A stretch of DNA of 64,000 bases from Azolla caroliniana (lineage: Eukaryota > Plantae > Polypodiophyta). Both the position numbers and the translations under genes were made by a program. The notes beneath the pieces were generated by a model. That model made no database searches. It was given only the letters and a program-made list of their open reading frames with translations, and had not been told where the DNA came from. Below, piece after piece: positions 11,238-24,103 of the stretch; positions within the stretch are counted from its first letter, which is position 1, and every line of letters begins with the position of its first letter. The stretch spans positions 6,262,001 through 6,326,000 of the forward strand of contig JBHGNT010000008.1 in assembly GCA_043228905.1 (NCBI GenBank), read 5' to 3'.

Positions 11238-13751
11238 ATGGCTCACCGCCCAAGGAACCCTAAACCACAAAAAGAAGAAAATAGAAGGTTTTCTGCACAA
11301 AGCAGAAACACAACATCTAGCTATCAGCGCCCCCATCGCTCCTCCTCACCTTCTTCCCCATCACATCTCAGAGCTCCAACTCACCACTGCTACCCATCGC
11401 CTCTCTACGAACCTACTCTGGCGATGCCGATCTTCATCTCTACTGCCCTACACCGATGGCTCGTGGAGAAGCGCCTGGATGGTTATATTCAGGTCGCAGA
11501 AGCACCTCCGCACCCAGACGCCATGGACATTGCCAGGAGGCTTAACATCGACACGGTCACAAACTCTTCCATTCGGAAGAAGTTAGACCTATCATCACTA
11601 GGCGAAAGACATTTCGAAATACCTCCTACAGAGGCGCTGCAACGGTATTTTGGCCCATACTCATCCTCCGCCAAAGCCTATAGAACGAAACAGATTCCGG
11701 ATCCCTTCTTCCGTGAAGTGGCCAAGTTCCTACTGGAAGTAGGTTGCGTCCATGTCAACGCATACGGGATGCCTAAACAGAAGGCGGGCATCATTATTGA
11801 CATCTTTGAGGGGCGTACAGTCGACTGGGGGGTCATTACAGCGCCGGCGTTAAGGGAAGGCTTGCATGCGTACCAAGTAGGCAAAAAGCTCAGGCCAATC
11901 ATCTAACAATACCTTACGGTACTCTTTCCACCCCGAGGCCTACCAGCACCACAGCCCAGCAGCCAACCCACGGCCCTGCCCCGCTCCGCGAAACGCAGGT
12001 TAGCGGAGTTAGCGGCCCCAGAGTGGGAGGAGGAACCCCAACCGGCCCAACCGGACCCAAGGACAACACCTCCTACCGACCAACCGGATACACGGGCGAC
12101 GCAGGAGGAACAACCGAGACACCCCATGGAGGCAACTCCAGAACCAGACACCGAAGCACGGGGGGAAAGCCCTAGACCCAAACGGCGCAGATTGGATAGA
12201 AAGGATGGGCAGGGTATGGTAAAAAAAGCCCCCACAGATCCGGAGGCACCGACCGCAGGCGAAGGCCTCGCAACAGCAGAGCCGAATACCACCTTCGAAA
12301 TCGTCCGGGAGCCGCGACCGATTATTACGACTCAGTCCCAGCGAGGGAAAGCCATATTGATGGCGGAAAGCGAGGTTTTGGCATATCCGGATATTCCGGA
12401 TACGGTCCACGAATTTAGCTCCCTCTTGTAGTTCGGTACCTCTTTCGAGCTCATGGAGTTCTTGGCAACACAACAGGTTAAAGCCGCCCAACGCATGGCC
12501 GAGGAGCATGCGGAATGACAGATGATAGAGCGCGCCCTAACACAAACAACGGAGAGCGACGATGAGGACCGACTAGCCAGGGTCGGCAGACAGAGGAACG
12601 CTGGGGTACGGCGAGTAGGGATGGAGATACCACCCTTAAACACGACCCTAGTCGAAGTCCATCGGGAACTGGCAAAGGTCAGCACGGGCGCCAAGGAGAT
12701 GGCCATAAAAAATAAGAATGTCTGGAAGAAGGTTAAACTGACCGAAGCTGAACTACAAAAGGCCAACACACGCATCGCGGAGTTAGAAGCTCATACGACT
12801 ACGGCGCAACACGAAACCCCGCCACCGAACCACGTTATCGACACTCTCAAAGAAGAAATCGAGGCTCAGACCGCCATCGCCTCAAAAGCAAAAAGGGCCG
12901 TGCAGCTATCGGAATCCGAAATTGACCGTCTTTGAGCAGAGCTATGCCAATCCTCCGACAGAGAAAAGGAGATACGAGCTAACGGACGAAAGGCCGTAAA
13001 AACGTTGGAAGAGAAACTAGCTACGGAGATGGCTCAGCACATCCGGACAAAAGACGATAACGCCCAATTACGAGAGGACGCGAAGAAATCAGAGGCGGCA
13101 ATAGCGGGACTTCGGGCCTTATTAGAGAAAAAGAAGGTATGGTTCGATGAACAGTTGGTAGTCGAACAAGACAGAAGGCATCAACTCGAAATCCGCCTAA
13201 ACAATGAAATGGGGAAATTAGAAAAACAACATGACAAGGAATCCCAGTTGTGGGCGGGCCTGAAGGCCATGTATGAGGAAGCGGCAGCCGTTAAACAGCA
13301 GGAAATCGCGAATCCCCAGAAGTCGATGGAAGACGTACGCAACCGCTGCCAGGCCATCACGGATAACGTGCGCATCCTTCTCCAAACCAACCGGGAAAGG
13401 TTCACAGTGCAATTGAAAACGGTTTTGGACAAAGGATGGATGGCGTGGGCAACCCAAGCAGCGGAATTGCATGCGTATCGTGCAGACTGGGAGAACTGGC
13501 GGAAAGACGGCCGAGGGTTTTATAAGCTAAACGAGGAGAGCATTGCGACCGTACGGGAGGACCTAGCGCAAGACTATCGCGCGTTAGCAGACCAACACTC
13601 CGAAGAACTCGCACAACTCCTAGATGATTTTGGTGAAAGTCAGGAGGAGCTATTTCACCAGATCACACAAACTGGCAACACGCACACAAACGAGGAGCCC
13701 AACAAGACACCAATTCCGGTCACAGCCGAAGAAGAGGAACCTCAGGACTGA
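11238..13751 (+). pseudogene. G1 extra ORF downstream of pol: globular N-terminal domain, basic NLS-like linker and long coiled coil
   Basis: ORFs 11238-11906, 12126-12431, 12522-12935 and 13005-13751 are all in one frame, separated by single stops compatible with C>T changes. GRTVDWG motif, PRPKRRRLDRK, E/K/Q-rich C-terminus. Confidence 0.8.
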
Positions 13752-14214
13752 TCACCAGCGAGGACAACAGGGGAGAATAGCGGGGACGAACAAGCAGAAT
13801 TCCCCACAAGACTAGACGGCGAAACGATTAACCAACAAAAGGTCCAGCCCACACCATCTTCAGAAAACGCGGAAAAGAGTGCGGACCAGGCGGAATCCCC
13901 ACCCCACGCCCAGGGACACACAAAAACGGCCAACATCGCGGAGGACGTAACAATAGAGGCGGAGCACTAGCCGACTGCAAGCACGCTACCGGCGGAGCCC
14001 AGCCCACGAACTCAAGAAGAGCCCACCGTACCCGGACCACACGCGCACGGCAAAGGCGACTCTGGGAGAAACCAGGCCAACCAAGCAGAGGAGCCGCACC
14101 ACTATGCACCTACGGGCCCTACATCAACTTCGGTCGAGGACACCACAACAGAGCTGAACATCCAGGGCATTTTGGAAGAAGATTAACGGGATGGGTCCAA
14201 CGTGCAAAGGCACT

Positions 14215-14231
14215 GTCCCACAGGCGTGCCA
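14215..14231 (-). promoter_or_regulatory. tRNA-Arg-type PBS in inverted orientation, occupying the PPT position of G1
   Basis: Minus strand reads ...CAACA CC TGGCACGCCTGTGGGAC, resembling the tRNA-Arg PBS of Tat/Ogre-type elements. No purine tract precedes the LTR on the plus strand. Confidence 0.75.
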
Positions 14232-14233
14232 GG

Positions 14234-14478
14234 TGTTGTCCGCCGGAATAGTAACCGACGGCCAAAAGCGTAGGAATAAGAAACTATATAAAGCGTAACG
14301 TATGTAACGGTTCACGCGGGGAAGCGTGAACGGCTAATTAGACCGTGCATATATAAAGGGTAGAAAACCTCGTAAGGAGGTGCATGTAAGTTTTGGGAAA
14401 TGTAGAAGAACGCCTGATAATAGAATACTATCTTCTCTGAGTTTGTGTGTATAGCTACGGCTAATTCAGTGTCTGTGT
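14234..14478 (+). repeat. Truncated 3' LTR of G1
   Basis: Matches the first ~245 bp of solo LTR 17346-17786. TATATAAA at 14350-14357. Confidence 0.9.
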
Positions 14479-17345
14479 ATAGCTACGGCTATTCAACACA
14501 TAGTTTCTTTGTGAGAGCAATATGGCGTCAGGGGTTTGGATCACCTCGATCCCAAGGAAATAGTGAAGGTTCCCTAGGTCCTTCATCTCAAATGTGTCTG
14601 ACAGTTGGGACTTGACTCAACTGATTTCATCGAGTTTGGGTCCGGTGATGACTAGATCATCAACATACAACAAGATGCAAACCGGACCATTTGGACTTTG
14701 GCGGATGAACAACGAAGAGTCAGACTTGGAGGCCACAAACCCCATCTTACGCAACCGGTGCGTGATCTTCGCATTCCAAGCTCGGGGGGCTTGCTTCAAG
14801 CCATAAAGTGACTTCTTCAGCCGGCTTACCGCCGACTTGTTCATCTCTGTCTGGAAACCGGGAGGTTCATTCATAAAGACCTCATCTTCAAGATCGCCTT
14901 GAAGAAATGCATTCTTCATGTCCATCTAGTGAAGATGCCACCCCCTTGCCGCAACAACCGCCAGCACCACACGAACCGTCGTCATTTTAGCTACCGGAGC
15001 GAAGGTCTCGTCGTAGTCGATTCCGTGGGTCTGCGAGTATCCCTTCGCCACTAATCGGGCCTTGTATTGGTTAACTGAACCGTCAACATTGTACTTTACC
15101 TTGTACACCCACTTACATCCGATCGGTTTACAATGTCGGGGAGGGTGAATTAGGTCCCATGTGCCATTGGCATCAAGTGCCCACATATCTTCCTCCATAG
15201 CGGCACACCAATTTGCGGCTTTTGCCGCTTCTACATAGCTCTCTGGGTCACGCACTTCCGCCACCTTAGTCATGTACGAATAGTGATGTGACATGTACTC
15301 ATTGTACCCGTACCGCTTCACGGGGTTCTTCTGGCGGGAAGACCGGCGTAACTTATCGTTTCTCAGTTTGAGGCCCTTCTTGTTTGGTTCGGTCTTCGTT
15401 GCCGAAGATCCGCCTTCTTCTTCTTTAGAGTCGGGTTCGCTCCGATCCGACTCACCATTGCCGGTCTCATGCTCCGGCATCTTCCTCTTCCATTTTCCTT
15501 GCGCGTGAACCGTCTCCTTGGTTCCTTGCTTGGGGAGAGCACGACAAAGTCTCCATTACTCGCCGGTTCCTCATCCGACTGGTCATCCCGACTCAACCGT
15601 TCATTCGGTCCACTTAACCGAAATGAGATCGGACTCTCTTCTAGAGTGCCAAGGTCTTCATCTTCTATTTGGACCGGTTCAGGCTCACTAGCCTCATCCT
15701 CCGGTATCGGGTCGGAAGTCGGAGCCGGTAAGGCATACCATGATGCCTTCTCATCAAACTCAACATCTTGGCTAACTTGGACCTGCTTCATCCGGGGGTT
15801 GTAACACTTATACCCCTTTTGCTCATGCGAGTAATCGACAAGGATGCATTTCTCTAACTTTGCATCCAACTTCCTCCACTTCTCATCTGGCACATGCACA
15901 TATGCTATGCTACCGAATATCCAAAGGTGTCTCAAATTCGGCTTGCGTTCGAAATACAGCTCATGCGCGGACAGCTTGTCACCGATCCGATTTTAGATAT
16001 AGATGGCCGTTCGGACTGCCTCTGCCTAGTAGAAATGGGGCATGCTCTTCTCCTCCAGCATTGCCCTTGCCGCGTCGACAATCGACCAGTTCTTCCTTTC
16101 GGCCACATCGTTTTGCTCCAGTGTGTATCTGCAGTTTAACTCTCTCCGAATTCTTTTTTGGTGCAGATAACGGTTGAATTGGCCGGAAAATTATTCTTTT
16201 CCACCATCCGACCGCAACCACTTGATCTTCCTCTCTGTTTCCCGTTCGACCAGGCTTTGCAGGTTCTGGAAACACTCGAAGACTTCACTCTTCCGCTCAA
16301 TGAGGTAGATCGATGTGTGCCGGCTGTAGTCGTTGATGAAGGAGACGAGATACCGACTCCCACCAAGACTAACGTTATGTGCCGATCCCCATACATCCGA
16401 ATGAATAAGGTCGAGTTTATTACGACTACGGTTTCGTTCGGTGGGGAATGGAAGCTGGTGTTGCTCCCCAAGTTGGTAGGCTTCACATATTTGGGCCTTC
16501 CGGCCACTCAACTTCGGCAAACCGAAAACAACTTGTTTCTTCTGCAAGACTTGAAGCCTCCGGTAATTGACGTGGCCGATCCGCTTGTGGCAGATATCAA
16601 TATCCGATTCAATCTTCTGTCCTTTGGCGAACAAAGCGGTGCCGACGTCATTGGTGTTGAGGATGACCATCCTGACGAGAATTATGCGGAATAATCTCCG
16701 GCCACAACCGAAGCGTAGATCACTTGATGACAATCAGACACAGAGGAAATGGGAATGGAGGTATGTACACAAAACAGAAAGAGAATACACCGGATATTAA
16801 CGTGGAAAACCCTGAGAGGGAAAAACCACGGGAGTCCACAGACTCCAAACTATCACTATGTCGAGTGATACAACAGGGAGCACAGAGGCAACAAGCTCTT
16901 GCTCACAATCTTAGCCTAGCGGCGGTTACAACAGAGACATGATCTCTGTATATATATATATATCTCTCTCTCTCTCTCCCTCTTACACACTGTACAGGAG
17001 TTACACCAATAACTCTACAATATACATTGAGTTTGCCCTAGGTCATATTTATACTAATATGACTTTCAGGCTATTTACAAATATAGCCCCAATGGGCTCT
17101 CTGGAACATATTTACAGATATGTCCCTTCATCCAGTGAGAGGTTCTCACCGGGCCTGCAACATCCGGTTCTCACCGGGTCTGCATCATCCGGTTCTGGGT
17201 ACTCCACATCCGGTTCTCATCGGGTCTTCCGTTGCCGGGTACTCCAGATCCGGTTCTCATTGGGTCTTCCGATGCCGGGCCTTCGTATCCCATCTGGAGG
17301 GACCGAGATCCTAACAAACTCCCCCTTCACTCCGGCATGGGATGC

Positions 17346-17786
17346 TGTTGTCCGCCGGAATAGTAACCGACGGCTAAAAGCGTAGGAATAAGAAACTATA
17401 TAAAGCGTAACGTATGTAACGGTTCACGCGGGGAAGCGTGAACGGCTAATTAGACCCTGCATATATAAAGGGCTGAAAACCTCGTAAGGAGGTGCGTGTA
17501 AGTTTTGGGAAATGTAAAAGAACGCCTGATAATAGAATACTATCTTCTCTGAGTTTGTGTGTATAGCTACGGCTAATTCAGTGTCTGTGTCTCGGATACG
17601 TAATCGTAGTAGTACGTAAGCGCAACCCGTGATAAGGAGTCGGTTGTAGCCGTCTCCCCTTACACACGGAGGAATCACAGAGGTTCTCTCCTTACGTAAT
17701 ACGATTAATCTCTGTTCGTTGTTCCACACCCACTTGGGGTCTAGGTCGAAGGACTGACCACGGACCGTGTTTCCTAAGGGGCAACA
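17346..17786 (+). repeat. Solo LTR of the G1 Gypsy family
   Basis: TGTTG...CAACA, 441 bp, TSD GATGC at 17341-17345 and 17787-17791. Inserted in the last codons of B pol. Confidence 0.95.
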
Positions 17787-18811
17787 GATGCCTCGCCAAT
17801 CTGATCCGCTTCCAGCATGAGTCTAGCTTGTCGGGCATCAACACCTTGGTTAGCATATCCGATTCGTTCTCCACCGTGTAGATCTTTGTCACCACAAACT
17901 CTAGGTCTTCTACTCGCTCCCGAATCTAGTGGTACCTCCGCTGGATGTGCTTCGCCCTGGAATGATACATTGCGTTCTTCGCAAGGTGGATGGCACTTTG
18001 ACTATCGCAATAGAGCTGGTATTCCTCTTGCCGGATGCCTAGCTCTTTAATGAAGTTCTTCATCCATAGTATTTCCTTGCCGGCTTCCACAACCGCCATG
18101 TACTCCACTTCCATGGTTGACAAAGCAACCGTCTTTTGCAGCCTCGATTGCCATGAAACTGCTCCCCCCCGCATATGGTCATGACATATTCGGATGTTGA
18201 CCGGCTGGTATCCGCATCAGCTGACATATCCGAATCGGTGAAACCGTCAAGTTGGGGTTTACCGGAGCCGAATCGGAGACACATACTTGAGGTGCCTTTC
18301 AAGTATCAGAGTATCCATTTTACCGCATTTCAGTGCTCCTTGCCGGGATTGCTCATAAACCAGCTCACCACTCTGACTGCATATCTGATATCCGGTCGGG
18401 TACACACCATTGCGTACATTAGGCTCCCGACGACAAAGGCATATGGTATCTTCATCATATCCGCCTTCTCTGCCTTCTTCTTCGGGCTTTGCTTACCGGA
18501 TAACCTGCAGTTTGCCGGGAGTGTTGATCCGATCGGATTCGCATCTGACATGTTGTACCGCTGAAGCACCTTTGTCACGTACTTCTCCTGTGACAGCCAC
18601 AATTGCTTTGTTGGCCGGTCCTGGATGATATGCATCCCCAACATCTGACTTGCCGGACCCAAGTCTTTCATTGAGAAGGTCCGGTTCAGGGCCTTCTTCA
18701 GCATCTGTATCTTGACTTGGTCTCATCTAACGATCAACATGTCGTCCACGTACAAGAGGAGTATCAGGAAGTCTCCACCTTCGAACTTGTTCACAAATAT
18801 GCAGTGATCAG

Positions 18812-21800
18812 TGTTGGGATTTCGGTCCCTCCGGATGGGATGTCCGGAGATGAATGACGGCAACCCCGGCTACGGAGCCGGATGATGAAGACCCCGGCTA
18901 CGGAGCCGGATGATGAATGTACCCGGAGCGAGATCCGGATGCGGGGACATATTTGTGAATATGTTTGCCAAGGGCCCTTGAGGCTATATTTGTAAATAGC
19001 CCGAAAGTCATATGCGTATAAATATGACTTAGGGCAAACAGTTTTATGTTGCTTCTCATTTTTCTGTTTTTCCACTCAAGAGGAGTGAAGAGAGAGCAGC
19101 CGTGAGAGAGATAGAGCGTGAGAGAGGAAGAGGTCGACGCCTCTGTGTATTTCCGCCGCCTGTGGCGAGGACAGCGAGCTCAAGGTCGTCGCCTTGCAGC
19201 TCGCCATTGTATATTTCTCTGTGCATAGTTTTGGTTCGGAGTCTTGTACTCCCGTGGTTTTTCCCGTACAGGGTTTTCCACGTTAAATCGTGTGTCCACT
19301 CTATTTCTCGCATTTCCCATTTTCTGCAACAACGATTCGTGTGTTTCCTTGGTTGTGGCCGAGAGGTGAAGTTTGGAAAGTGTCGATCGATTTTCCATCA
19401 ATTTTGTATCAGAGCGGGCTGCTGCAGAAAATGGAAGGCGGCGGCAGCGGGCAGCCGGGGATGATGGTGCTGAATGCGCAAAATTACGCCGACTGGAAGA
19501 TCAAGATGGAGGATCTTCTGATTGTTCGGGACCTGTACGAACCGATTGACAGGTCGGAAATACCGAAGGGGGTACTTGAGTCGGAATGGAGGCTTCTGAA
19601 CCGGAAAGCCGTTGCAACCATTCGGCAATACGTCGACGTGAGCGTTCTACAACATGTGGCGAACGACACCAACGCATATGAGATGTGGCGGAAGCTGTCG
19701 GGCCTCTACGAGAGGAAGAATGCGTTGAACCGGACCTCCCTGATGAGGAAGATAGTGAACCTCAAGTACCGGGACGGCGAGAGTATGGTGGAACACGTAA
19801 GCACGTTCATGGGATTCGTGAACCAGCTTGCGGCGATCAAGTTCCCGCTGGAGGATGCAATGCAAGCCATCATTCTGATGTGTACATTGCCGGAAAGCTG
19901 GGAGAACTTGGTGGTGACTCTCAGCACCTCCTGCACGGAAGATAACTTGTCCCTACAAACGGTAAAGACAAGTATTTTGAACGAAGAAGCGCGTCGGAGA
20001 GATAAAGAACCGGCCTCCGACTCGAAGGCGCTGCTTACCGAATCGGAACGGGGAAGACAATGGAACCGGAGTCCGCAAAGACGGGAGAAGTCGGGGACCC
20101 GGTCGCAGTCAAGAGGAAGACCCACATGCTTCCACTGTGGGAAGCCGGGGCACTTCCGGAAGAATTGTCGGCATTACCGAAAGGATAACGGAGCCGACAA
20201 CACCGATTCGAAGAGGTCACCGGAGAGAAACGGTGCATACCGGGGAGCCACGGACCGGAGAGGTCCGGATCGGCGAGGGCAGGACCGGAAAGGAACGACG
20301 GCACTCGCGGCAAGTGAGGAAGAAATCATGCTCATCACCGAAGAAGGTGAGCTAAACATTGCCGGCGATGAGACGACCTGGGTGGTCGATTCCGGAGCGT
20401 CGTTCCACCTGACCCCGGAGAAGAAATACTTCTCATCCTACACAGCCGGTGAGCACGGCTGTGTTCGGATGGGAAATGAAGGTACGTGCCGGATCGCCGG
20501 CATAGGAGACGTGTGGTTGACAACCCCGACCGGATGCAAAATGCTGCTGAAGGATGTCCGACACGTTCCGGAGGTTCGATTGAACCTGATTTCGGCCGGG
20601 AGGCTAGACGATGAAGGCTACACAGGTAGCATCCGGAACGGCGTAATGAAGTTCAGCAAAGGGAGCCTGATAGTGGCTCGGGCCCGGAAGATCAACACAC
20701 TGTACCTGATGAATGCCCGGTTATGTCCGGAAGAGCTGAATGTGGCAGCCGACACTGCCGGTGAGCTGTGGCACAAGAGACTGTGCCACATGAGTGAGAA
20801 GGGGATGAAGAGGCTTGCAGAAGACAACCTTATTCCAGTGAAGCATGTGCACCTGGAGAAGTGCACCGATTGCCTGGCCGGTAAGCAGAACCGAACCTCC
20901 TTCCACTCAAGGCCACCGACGAGACGTAGCGCACCATTGGAGTTGGTACACACCGATGTGTGTCAGGTAGAAACGAAGTCACATGGCGGAGCCCAGTACT
21001 TCGTAACATTCATAGATGATCATAGCCGAAGACTGTGGACGGCACCGATGAAGACAAAGGACCAAGTGTTGTCCGTCTTCAAAGAACTCCACGCGAGAGT
21101 GGAAAGAGAATCCGGCAAGAAGCTGAAAGCGATACGAGCGGATAACGGAGGGGAATACCGGGGACAGTTCCAGGAGTACTGTCGCTCGAAGGGAATCCGG
21201 CTCGAGTTTACTGTGCCGAAGACGCCGGAACTGAACGGGCTGGCCAAGAGGATGAATCGGACCATAATGGAGAGGGTCCGGAGTATGCTGGCGCATGCGG
21301 AATTACCCAAGGGGTTTTGGGCTGAGGCGATATCGACGGCGACATACGTGATAAACCGATCACCCTCAGTACCTTTGGACGGAGACACGCCGCAGAGAGT
21401 GTGGACCGGTAGGGAAGTATCTTACCGGCATCTGAAGGTGTTCGGGTGTCTCGCATACGTGCATGTGGCAAAGGACCGGAGAGGAAAGCTAGATCCAAAG
21501 ACCCGGCCATGCATATTCCTCGGTTACGGCGACGACGAGTTCGGCTACCGAGTATGGGACCCGGTCGACAAGAAGATATTCAGGAGTCGAGATATCATCT
21601 TCATGGAGAACAAGACACTCGCCGACTGGGAGTCGGAGAAGAAGATGAAGAGCTCCAAGTCGACCGGTGAGGATCAACTCTACGAGGAGCAGTCCCGACC
21701 GGCAAGGGACCGGTTAGCACTCGAGGATCCGGCCGAAGACGGTGAAGAAACAGAACCGGCCGAAGAAGATGAAAATGATACCGGAACCGGCCCCGATCCC

Positions 21801-24103
21801 GAAATAGATTCGGATGAAGAAGAATCGGAAGAACCAGTTACCGAAGCTCCGGAACGGAGATATCCTCTAAGAGAGAGAAGGGCCCCCCGGAGATTTCCGG
21901 AACCAGAGCACCTGTTACTAACCGACGAGGGGGAGCCGGAGAGCTTTGAAGAAGCAAAACATGACACCCAGAGCCGCAGGTGGTTGAGTGCCATGCAGGA
22001 CGAGATGGATTCCCTGCATGAGAACCACACATATGAACTTGTGGAGTTGCCGAAAGGAAAGCGGGCACTTCGAAACAAGTGGGTGTTCAAGCTGAAACCG
22101 GGAGATGCCGGAAACCCCCCGAGATACAAAGCCAGGATCGTGGTGAAGGGGTTTCAGCAGAAGAAGGGCGTCGACTTCGACGAGATATTTGCCCCGGTAG
22201 TGAAGATGACCTCCATCCGGACGGTGCTGAGCATAGCGGCAAGCATGGACCTCGAGGTAGAACAGATGGACGTGAAGACGACATTCCTTCACGGCGACCT
22301 CGAAGAAGAGATCTACATGCAGCAACCGGAAGGATTCGAGAAGAAAGGGAAGGAGCACCTGGTATGCCGGTTGAAGAAGAGCCTTTACGGACTGAAGCAG
22401 GCTCCCCGGCAATGGTACCGGAAGTTCGACTCCTTCATGACCGACGAAGGGTACCTCAAAACGCAGTCCGACCACTGCGTGTTTGTGAAGAAGTTCGAAG
22501 GAGGAGACTTTCTAATACTCCTCCTGTACGTGGACGACATGTTGATCGTCGGACGGGACCAGGTCAAGATACGGATGCTGAAGAAGGCTCTTCACCGAAC
22601 CTTCTCAATGAAGGACTTGGGTCCGGCGAGACAAATACTAGGGATGCACATCATCCGGGACCGGAGCAAGAAGCAGTTGTGGCTGTCACAGGAAAAGTAC
22701 GTGACAAAGGTGCTTAAACGGTTCAACATGTCGGAAGCAAGACCGGTCGGGTCAACCCTCCCGGCAAACTGCAGGCTGTCCAGCAAGCAAAGCCCCAAGA
22801 CAAAGGGTGAGAAGGAGGACATGATGAAAGTACCATATGCCTCTGCCGTCGGAAGCTTGATGTACGCAATGGTGTGTACAAGACCGGACATAGGATATGC
22901 AGTCGGAGTGGTGAGCCGGTACATGAGCAATCCCGGCAAAGAGCACTGGAACGCGGTCAAGTGGATACTCTGATACCTGAAGGGCACGGCAAACGTGTGC
23001 CTCCGATTCGGCTCCGGTAAGCCCGAACTCGACGGCTTTACCGATTCGGATATGTCGGCTGATGCAGATACCAGCCGGTCCACATCAGGGTATGTGATGA
23101 CGTATGCAGGGGGAGCTGTTTCGTGGCAGTCGAGGCTGCAGAAGACGGTTGCGTTGTCAACTACGGAGGCGGAGTACATGGCAGCTGTTGAAGCCGGCAA
23201 GGAAATAATATGGATGAAGGACTTCATTAGAGAGCTCGGTATCCGGCAGGAGGAGTACCGACTCTACTGCGACAGTCAGAGTGCCATCCACCTTGCGAAG
23301 AATGCGGCCTATCACTCCCGGACAAAGCACATCCAGCGTAGATACCACTGGATCCGGGAAAGGATAGAAGACAAGGACTTCGTGCTGACGAAGATCCACA
23401 CGGACGAGAACGGGTCGGATATGCTGACCAAGGTACTCTCACCCGACAAGCTGGAAGCATGCCGGAAGAGGATCGGATTGGAGAGACATCCCATGCCGAA
23501 GTGAAGGGGGAGTTTGTTGGGATTTCGGTCCCTCCGGATGGGATGTCCGGAGATGAATGACGGCAACCCCGGCTACGGAGCCGGATGATGAAGACCCCGG
23601 CTACGGAGCCGGATGATGAATGTACCCGGAGCGAGATCCGGATGCGGGGACATATTTGTGAATATGTTTGCCAAGGGCCCTTGAGGCTATATTTGTAAAT
23701 AGCCCGAAAGTCATATGCGTATAAATATGACTTAGGGCAAACAGTTTTATGTTGCTTCTCATTTTTCTGTTTTTCCACTCAAGAGGAGTGAAGAGAGAGC
23801 AGCCGTGAGAGAGATAGAGCGTGAGAGAGGAAGAGGTCGACGCCTCTGTGTATTTCCGCCGCCTGTGGCGAGGACAGCGAGCTCAAGGTCGTCGCCTTGC
23901 AGCTCGCCATTGTATATTTCTCTGTGCATAGTTTTGGTTCGGAGTCTTGTACTCCCGTGGTTTTTCCCGTACAGGGTTTTCCACGTTAAATCGTGTGTCC
24001 ACTCTATTTCTCGCATTTCCCATTTTCTGCAACAACGATTCGTGTGTTTCCTTGGTTGTGGCCGAGAGGTGAAGTTTGGAAAGTGTCGATCGATTTTCCA
24101 TCA
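18812..24103 (+). mobile_element. Copia C, full length and very young
   Basis: 589-bp LTRs at 18812-19400 and 23515-24103 with no difference seen by eye. TSD ATCAG at 18807-18811 and 24104-24108. PBS TTGTATCAGAGC at 19404-19415. PPT GAAGGGGGAG before the 3' LTR. Confidence 0.97.
19431..23504 (+). pseudogene. Copia C gag-pol polyprotein with a single in-frame TGA at 22971-22973
   Basis: CFHCGKPGHFRKNC, WVVDSGAS, WHKRLCH...CTDC, integrase, YVDD and RNase H (FTDSD, CDSQSA). ORFs 19290-22973 and 22995-23504 are in the same frame. Confidence 0.95.

Larger units (their letters stand above)
1..14478 (+). mobile_element. Gypsy LTR retrotransposon G1 (non-chromovirus, Athila/Tat-related). 5' end lies outside the window, 3' LTR is truncated, interrupted at 412-6835
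   Basis: gag (35-411, resuming at 6841), protease, RT (CVDYRKLN, FGLK, VFLEDF), RNase H (FVDAS, YYASRKL) and integrase (HCGTAGGH...CRKCDLC, WGLDFVGP) occur in Gypsy order. An extra ORF follows, then an LTR start TGTTGTCCGCC at 14234 that matches the solo LTR at 17346-17786. No chromodomain seen. Confidence 0.88.
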
